Source: an uncultured Flavobacteriales bacterium (lineage in GTDB: Bacteria; Bacteroidota; Bacteroidia; Flavobacteriales_E; Vicingaceae). Taken from it: DNA of 32,313 nt. The notes below the pieces were generated by a model. It made no database searches. It worked only from the letters and a program-made list of their open reading frames with translations, and was not told the DNA's origin. This document shows, one piece after another, positions 27,005 to 32,313 of this stretch; positions within the stretch are counted from its first letter, which is position 1, and each line of letters begins with the position of its first letter. The stretch spans positions 1 through 32,313 of the forward strand of contig CBDUPT010000001.1 in NCBI GenBank assembly GCA_965369165.1, written 5' to 3'. Both the position numbers and the translations under genes were made by a program.

Positions 27005-27623
27005 TAAATAGCTGCGTTAATGTTTGGTTATCTTTTAAATTTAAATAATGTGTTATAATTCCTAGAGATGTTGCCGCTGAAATATGTTCTTCAGAATCAT
27101 CTATAAAGTAAGTTTCTTCTGATTTTAAACTGCTATCATTCAAAACAAATTCAAAAATACCTTTATTTGGTTTTCTAAGCTTTATTTCATGAGATAAATA
27201 CACTTTATTAAAAAGGGAGTTAAAGTCTAAACCTTCAAAATTTATTTTAACATAATCTTTAATAAATTGATAATGAATTTCATTGGTATTGCTTAATAAA
27301 TAAACATCATGGGTTTTAGTGAACCTTACAATTAACTCAATTCTTTCCTTAGGAATATCTAACAGCATGCTATTCCAAGCATTAGTTAATTGTATATCTG
27401 TAATCTTATTATCAAATTGTTTAAACCAATTCAAAAACTCTTTAGAAGAAAATTCTCCTAACTCATATCTTTCTAGCCAATTAGTAACTTCTAATTGTTT
27501 TAAAACCTCATCAAAAGCTAAAGGGAAAATGTTGTGAAAAGCTTTGTAAGTCAAATCTTGATTAAGATTTATTATTACTCCTCCTAAATCGAAAATAATA
27601 TTCTTTGCTGTATTTATCTTCAT
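26994..27623 (-). CDS. HAD family hydrolase (subfamily IA-like)
   Basis: Motif I is IIFDLGGVII, followed by LLSNTN and a late FIDDSEEHI. It does not carry the MtnC-type DIEGTT motif. It overlaps mtnA by 11 nt. Confidence 0.8.
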   Translation of the reverse strand: MKINTAKNIIFDLGGVIINLNQDLTYKAFHNIFPLAFDEVLKQLEVTNWLERYELGEFSSKEFLNWFKQFDNKITDIQLTNAWNSMLLDIPKERIELIVRFTKTHDVYLLSNTNEIHYQFIKDYVKINFEGLDFNSLFNKVYLSHEIKLRKPNKGIFEFVLNDSSLKSEETYFIDDSEEHISAATSLGIITHYLNLKDNQTLTQLFNEY

Positions 27624-27719
27624 TATAGAACAAAGCTAGTTAAAAATAGTAAAGTTTATTATTGGTAAATTAACAACTTATACGTTAATTTGCAGCCTGT
27701 TTCTAATCAATTTTAGAAC

Positions 27720-27793
27720 GGGCCTATAGCTCAGCTGGTTAGAGCACCTGACTCATAATCAGGGGGTCCAAGGTTCGAGTCCTTGTGGGCCCA
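27720..27793 (+). tRNA. tRNA with anticodon CAT (elongator Met, or Ile2 if lysidine-modified)
   Basis: The cloverleaf folds by hand. The acceptor stem is gggccta/tgggccc, the D arm is agctcagctggttagagc, the anticodon arm is cctga-ctCATaa-tcagg (CAT at 27754-27756), and the T arm is caagg-ttcgagt-ccttg. The discriminator is A and CCA is not encoded. Confidence 0.9.
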
Positions 27794-27805
27794 CAAATAA
27801 AAAGA

Positions 27806-27835
27806 AACCCTCAACTAATGTTGGGGGTTTTGTGT
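27806..27835. terminator. Bidirectional intrinsic terminator after the tRNA
   Basis: A 10-bp stem pairs aaccctcaac with gttgggggtt, including one G-U pair, around the loop taat. T-rich tracts lie on both sides, so it could also serve the convergent gene at 27861..28124. Confidence 0.7.
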
Positions 27836-27860
27836 TACTAGAAAGTTCAGTGATACAACC

Positions 27861-28124
27861 CTAGGTTTCAAAATCATTAATGCCAGCATCCATATTTCTT
27901 ATGAATGTTAGCATGTTTTCATCAATTTTCCATTTTTCACCATCATTTAACACAATAACTTCCTCAGCATGATGATGCTCTTTTTCTATAATAACTTCTT
28001 CTTGAACATTTATTTCTTCAGAGATATTTACTTTATTAATATCTTCATCTGTTTTTTTCTCAGAATTATTACAACCTATGAAGCTAATAGTTATAGTGGA
28101 AAGTAGAATAATAGCTTTTTTCAT
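27861..28124 (-). CDS. Small lipoprotein, His/Glu-rich (possibly truncated)
   Basis: It has a lipobox (ISFIGC), an acidic low-complexity region, then EKEHHHAEEVIVLNDGEKWKIDENM. Confidence 0.5.
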   Translation of the reverse strand: MKKAIILLSTITISFIGCNNSEKKTDEDINKVNISEEINVQEEVIIEKEHHHAEEVIVLNDGEKWKIDENMLTFIRNMDAGINDFET

Positions 28125-28275
28125 TCTCTATATAGATTTTGTAACTCACAAGTTTATCAAAAAAAATGAGCACTAAAAGCTTTATATTACTCATTTATAA
28201 ATCAAATTATTTGGCTAAAAAGTTATTATAAACTTAGCTCATTTCTTATTTAAGAAATTTATAGTCATTTTAGTA

Positions 28276-29058
28276 TTATTCTAAAGCTTTATTAATTGCT
28301 TCGGTCAATTTTTCAATTACATCTCCATCTTTAATAACATAATCACTAGCACCTTGATTCATCAATGAAACCGCTTTTTTAAGATCGTTTTGAGAGGAAA
28401 CCATAATCACTTTAGTTTCGGGTGATAATTCCTTGAATCGCTCTAAAACAATTGATCCATTCATTTTTTTTAAGTTAACATCTAAGATCAATAAATCAGG
28501 GAAATTAATGGCTTCGTTTATCGCTTTTGTTCCATCATTAAATATTTCTAATTGACAATTTTTTAGAGTTTCAATCTTAAACTGAACTATAAAATTAAAT
28601 ACCTCATCATCATCGACAAGATAAACTAAAGGTTTTGCTCTTTTTTTTGTTTTATTAAAAAATTTACTAAGTTTTTCAAGTGTTGTTTCAACTTTTTCAC
28701 CTTCAACTATACTGTGAAAAAATTTGGATAGATTTTGAGGGAAATTATCATCCTTAATAATGTATTTACAAGCTCCAGCTCTAATAGCTTGTTCAAATAC
28801 TCTAATATCTGTTTGTGCTGAAACACTTACTATTTTACAATTGGGCAACTTTTCTTTAATTATTTCTATTGTGTCTGTTCCATTAATACCATTCAAAAAA
28901 TGATCAACAAATACGATATCTGGTAGTAATGTGCTTAATTGACCTACAGCCCTTTCTGCAGTTTCAAAAAGGTAAACATCGTGAACTCTTGTAGATTCAA
29001 TTTCGTATTGAAATTTCCTAGCAAATAATGGGTCATCTTCTACAATAAATATTTTCAT
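28276..29058 (-). CDS. Tandem receiver-domain response regulator with no output domain
   Basis: REC1 reads KIFIVEDDP..IVFVDHFL..KYIIKD. REC2 reads LVYLVDDDE..LLILDVNL..DYVIKD. It starts 2 nt downstream of the kinase gene. Confidence 0.85.
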   Translation of the reverse strand: MKIFIVEDDPLFARKFQYEIESTRVHDVYLFETAERAVGQLSTLLPDIVFVDHFLNGINGTDTIEIIKEKLPNCKIVSVSAQTDIRVFEQAIRAGACKYIIKDDNFPQNLSKFFHSIVEGEKVETTLEKLSKFFNKTKKRAKPLVYLVDDDEVFNFIVQFKIETLKNCQLEIFNDGTKAINEAINFPDLLILDVNLKKMNGSIVLERFKELSPETKVIMVSSQNDLKKAVSLMNQGASDYVIKDGDVIEKLTEAINKALE

Positions 29059-29060
29059 GA

Positions 29061-32000
29061 TTAGTTTTTTAAATACAATTCAAGTGCGTTAAATATTTTT
29101 GATGATATGTTATTTAGCAATTGAATGTCTTGATTTATATCTTCTTTATTTTTATAGTTTTCTATTAACTCAAGTTTAGTTACTATGTTATAGGCATCGT
29201 TCATTTTAAACATACCAAAACTAGATTTTAATTTGTGGGCGATTGCTGAAATTTCTTTTTTATCGTTATTAATGCCAGCACTATTTAAGGAGGAAATACT
29301 TGATTTTACATTTTTTAAAAATATATTCACCATTTCTAATACAAAATCCTCATTTCCATCACTCAATTCCCTTATACCTTTAAGATATTCTTCGCATACT
29401 CCTATATTAGAACTTTCTTTAATATCATTATTATGGTTAATAAATTTTGACAATTTGCTTAAAAGCTCTTGTTGAGTGTAAGGTTTTGAAATGTAGTCGT
29501 TCATTCCTAAATCAATACATTTCTTTTGCTCTCCAACTAGTGAATGGGCTGTCATTGCTATTATTGGAATATTCAATTTTAATTCATTTCTTATGTGTTT
29601 AGTTGCCTCATAGCCATTCATTATAGGCATTTGCAAATCCATCAACACCACATCGTATTTATTAGGGTTATTAATAATTTCCTCAACACCAGCTTTCCCA
29701 TCATCTGATATAGTTAAGTTAACCCCTTCCTTAATTAATATTTGCTTGGCTAAAATTTGATTTAATGGATTATCCTCAATCAATAAAACCTCTGCATTTG
29801 ATATGTTTTTACGCTGTTTAACATTTAATTCCTTTTTAACGTCAGATGAAGATTTTGTTTTTAAACACATTAGTACAAAAGAAAATTCTGATCCTTCACC
29901 CAATTTACTTTCTACTTTTAGTTTTCCGCCTAAAGCTTCAATTATTTTACTTGATATACTTAACCCAAGCCCCGTCCCTCCATATTTTCTAGTAGTATAT
30001 TCTTCAGCTTGCTGGAATCTCGAAAATATTTTATCTAGTTTATCTTCTGCAATTCCAATACCGCTATCTTTTACTTTAAATTCTATTTCATATGAATTAT
30101 TTGTTTCACTTAGCAAAGAAGTAAAGACTTGTACTCCGCCTTTTTCGGTAAACTTTATAGCATTACCTATTAAATTAACTAAAACTTGATTTAACCTACC
30201 AACATCACCTAATACAGGACTAACTAAATCAGTTTCTGTGAAAAATTGTAGACTTAAACCTTTCTTTTGGGCTAAAGATTTTAAGGTTTTTTTTGTAAGG
30301 TTTAGAGCCTCACTTACAATAAAAGGTTCAGAATTCAAAGTTAGTTGGCCAGATTCAATTTTTGCAAAATCTAAAATATCATTAATTATAGTAAGTAAGT
30401 TACCACTAGCAGCTTTAATCGAACTTAAATAGTCTATTTGTTCATCGTTAAGTTCAGTTGATTCAATTAACTCAGTAAAACCTACAATAGCATTCATTGG
30501 GGTTCTGATTTCATGACTCATGTTAGCCAAAAACTCATCTTTAGCAATAGTTGCTTGCTTAGCAAGAGCAACAGCATTTTTAAGATCCTCTTGTAATGAA
30601 ATACTTTCTGATACATCGTAAGCAATTTTAATTATTCGATCAATTTTCCCTTCACTATTTTTTACAGGAATGTAACTCCCTCTTATCCAGATAATAGTTC
30701 CATTTTTTGTTACTCGTTTAAATATACCTTGTTGGGAAACACCTTGTTTAAGATTGTCCCAAAAAATATTATAAGACTCTTGTTCTTTTTCTTCTTTAGA
30801 AATTAAAGCAGAATGATGAAGATCAATAATATCTTTTGATTTATATTTTGTTAGTTTCAAAAAATTATCATTCGCACTTATTATTTTTCCTTTCACATCA
30901 AGTTCAACTCTCAGTGCAGAATTATTAATTGCTTTTATTTCGAAGTCTAAATCGTTTTTTAATCTTTCTATTTCAGCAATTTTATTCTTTTGGTCGGTTA
31001 AATTTTTTCCTATTCCTAAATAGCCGGTAATTTCATTTTTTGAATTAAATAGAGCAGTAATCGACAGTTCGACCGGAATACTTTGCCCAGTCTTCGTGAT
31101 GTAAGTCCACTCATTTATGTCTGCACCTCCTGATTTTGCTTTGGCGACAAAGACCTCAAAGCCAGGTTCAATTTTTGTTTTTAATTCTTCGCTTAATTCT
31201 TTGGATCGTTCAACAACCTCATTAATGTCGTGAAAAATAGCAGGGGAAGTTTTTCCAATCACTTCTTCTTTCGAGTAACCTAATAAAGATTGAGCCCCTT
31301 TATTAAATGCAGTTATAGTTCCGTCTTTATCAGTAGCAATAATAGAATAATCAGCACCATCTAAAACAGTATTTTGAAAGATATTTAAATTTACTATTTC
31401 ATCTGTTTTAATAATCTCTGACGTGACATCTCTAGCAACAGCAAACATGTTTCCACTATCCTTATCAATATCTGCATTCCATGAAAGATGGACATAATTT
31501 CCTTTCTTAGTTTTAAATCTATTTATAAAGGAAATTATTTTACCACCTGCAACTAACTTTTGTATTTCCCTGGAAGTTTGATCAACATCTTCAGGGTGAA
31601 TAAGAGAAGCAAATGGCCGGTCTAATAATTCATTTTCAGAATAGCCCAACACTTCAGTAAAACTTGGATTAATTTTTTTGAAAAACCCATCATCCCCAGC
31701 TATACAAATTAAATCTAATGCTTTATTAAAATAATTTTCAATTTCTTTAAATTCAATATTTTTTCTTCTAATTGTAAATTGTGCAATTACTTCTTTCCCT
31801 AGTAAGTCAAGAGCTTCTTTCTGAGTTTTAGAAAGTTTTTTTGGTTCTGTATGAATAACACATAATGTTCCTAAATTATAGCCATCTTCATCCTTTAATG
31901 GTGTGCCAGCATAAAACCTAATGTTGGGGTCTCCTGTCACTAAAGGGTTGTCAGAGAAAATTGGGTTTTCTTTTGCATTTGAAACTTCAAAAACTTCTTC

Positions 32001-32252
32001 ACCCATAATGGCATATTGGCAAAAAGAGATATCTCTAGGTGTTTCTTTCGCTCCTAAACCTACTTCTGCCTTAAACCATTGTTTTTCCTGGTTTACAAGA
32101 CTAATTAATGCGATTGGTGTTTCACAAATAATAGATGCAAGTTTTGTAATGTTATCATAAACACCTTCAGGGAGTGTATCCATGATATCATAACTATTAA
32201 GAGCAGCTAATCTGTCTTTTTCATTTTCAGGTATTGGAACATTTTTACTCAC
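29061..32252 (-). CDS. Hybrid sensor histidine kinase: GAF + 3 PAS + HisKA/HATPase + REC + HPt
   Basis: The N-terminus is GAF-like. There are three PAS-like repeats. The H-box is FLANMSHEIRTPMN. ATPase boxes are NLIGNAIKFT, DSGIGI and GGTGLGL. The REC reads VLLIEDNP..VVLMDLQMP..IIAMTAH. The HPt reads AHKLKSSFGMF. No TM helix is evident. Confidence 0.9.
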   Translation of the reverse strand: MSKNVPIPENEKDRLAALNSYDIMDTLPEGVYDNITKLASIICETPIALISLVNQEKQWFKAEVGLGAKETPRDISFCQYAIMGEEVFEVSNAKENPIFSDNPLVTGDPNIRFYAGTPLKDEDGYNLGTLCVIHTEPKKLSKTQKEALDLLGKEVIAQFTIRRKNIEFKEIENYFNKALDLICIAGDDGFFKKINPSFTEVLGYSENELLDRPFASLIHPEDVDQTSREIQKLVAGGKIISFINRFKTKKGNYVHLSWNADIDKDSGNMFAVARDVTSEIIKTDEIVNLNIFQNTVLDGADYSIIATDKDGTITAFNKGAQSLLGYSKEEVIGKTSPAIFHDINEVVERSKELSEELKTKIEPGFEVFVAKAKSGGADINEWTYITKTGQSIPVELSITALFNSKNEITGYLGIGKNLTDQKNKIAEIERLKNDLDFEIKAINNSALRVELDVKGKIISANDNFLKLTKYKSKDIIDLHHSALISKEEKEQESYNIFWDNLKQGVSQQGIFKRVTKNGTIIWIRGSYIPVKNSEGKIDRIIKIAYDVSESISLQEDLKNAVALAKQATIAKDEFLANMSHEIRTPMNAIVGFTELIESTELNDEQIDYLSSIKAASGNLLTIINDILDFAKIESGQLTLNSEPFIVSEALNLTKKTLKSLAQKKGLSLQFFTETDLVSPVLGDVGRLNQVLVNLIGNAIKFTEKGGVQVFTSLLSETNNSYEIEFKVKDSGIGIAEDKLDKIFSRFQQAEEYTTRKYGGTGLGLSISSKIIEALGGKLKVESKLGEGSEFSFVLMCLKTKSSSDVKKELNVKQRKNISNAEVLLIEDNPLNQILAKQILIKEGVNLTISDDGKAGVEEIINNPNKYDVVLMDLQMPIMNGYEATKHIRNELKLNIPIIAMTAHSLVGEQKKCIDLGMNDYISKPYTQQELLSKLSKFINHNNDIKESSNIGVCEEYLKGIRELSDGNEDFVLEMVNIFLKNVKSSISSLNSAGINNDKKEISAIAHKLKSSFGMFKMNDAYNIVTKLELIENYKNKEDINQDIQLLNNISSKIFNALELYLKN

Positions 32253-32313
32253 ACGTATTTTTTTTAATTTAGTTTAAAGTTAAAATTTATAATTTAACCC
32301 TATTCCTAAAACT

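Noticed and set aside
27720-27860. tRNA-adjacent genomic island or integrated element
   Set aside because: There is no integrase, no duplicated tRNA 3' segment and no compositional break on either side.
28238-28257. AT-only palindrome atttcttatttaagaaat downstream of the response-regulator gene, considered as a terminator
   Set aside because: The stem is all A/T with an effectively tiny loop, and no T-run follows on the minus strand. That is too weak to call.
758-32160. Short opposite-strand or alternate-frame ORFs in the track (758-952, 4565-4762, 10900-11130, 11741-11974, 12044-12319, 12751-12933, 13651-13839, 13858-14043, 15387-15788, 21533-21766, 23256-23474, 25821-26009, 26577-26777, 27319-27537, 29233-29475, 29803-30189, 30238-30432, 31921-32160)
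   Set aside because: Each lies entirely inside a longer gene with strong family motifs. Their low-complexity, Ser/Leu/Phe/Ile-rich translations are typical of shadow ORFs in AT-rich DNA.
1-32313. CRISPR arrays, rRNA genes, transposases or IS elements
   Set aside because: Reading both strands showed no regularly spaced direct repeats, no rRNA-like conserved segments, and no transposase or integrase motifs in any ORF.

Overview
This is an AT-rich chromosomal segment that looks like Bacteroidota, probably Flavobacteriia-like. The basis is two T9SS type-B cargo plus PorP/SprF modules, one T9SS type-A cargo, an IPExxxVDY-pyk pair and a TAnnTTTG-type promoter box. Housekeeping genes are an M42 aminopeptidase, pyruvate kinase, AsnRS, methylmalonyl-CoA epimerase, an MtnA/aldolase-like/HAD operon and one tRNA with anticodon CAT. 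Signalling genes are a 1273-aa double-propeller/Y_Y_Y sensor fused to a class III adenylate cyclase and an HD domain, a Crp/Fnr regulator with a coupled thioredoxin-like ORF, and a GAF-PAS hybrid histidine kinase with a dual-receiver partner. Cobalamin-dependent methionine synthase is encoded as two adjacent genes behind a SAM-I riboswitch and terminator. The 401-aa ORF in the track reads through that riboswitch, and the real start is at 22068. The most unusual feature is a roughly 450-nt in-frame cassette (19370..19819) encoding a complete DUF559/Vsr-like endonuclease domain, sitting in the cap-to-Rossmann hinge of MetH. GC-rich quasi-palindromic ends and a 9-nt direct repeat bound it, and a related ORF-less GC-rich motif lies just downstream of pyk. 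A second candidate is a three-gene island (16062..17912) ending in an orphan RES-domain (NAD+-targeting toxin family) protein with no canonical Xre/DUF2384 antitoxin. No CRISPR array, rRNA, transposase or integrase was seen. All calls come from reading the sequence and recalling motifs; no searches were run.
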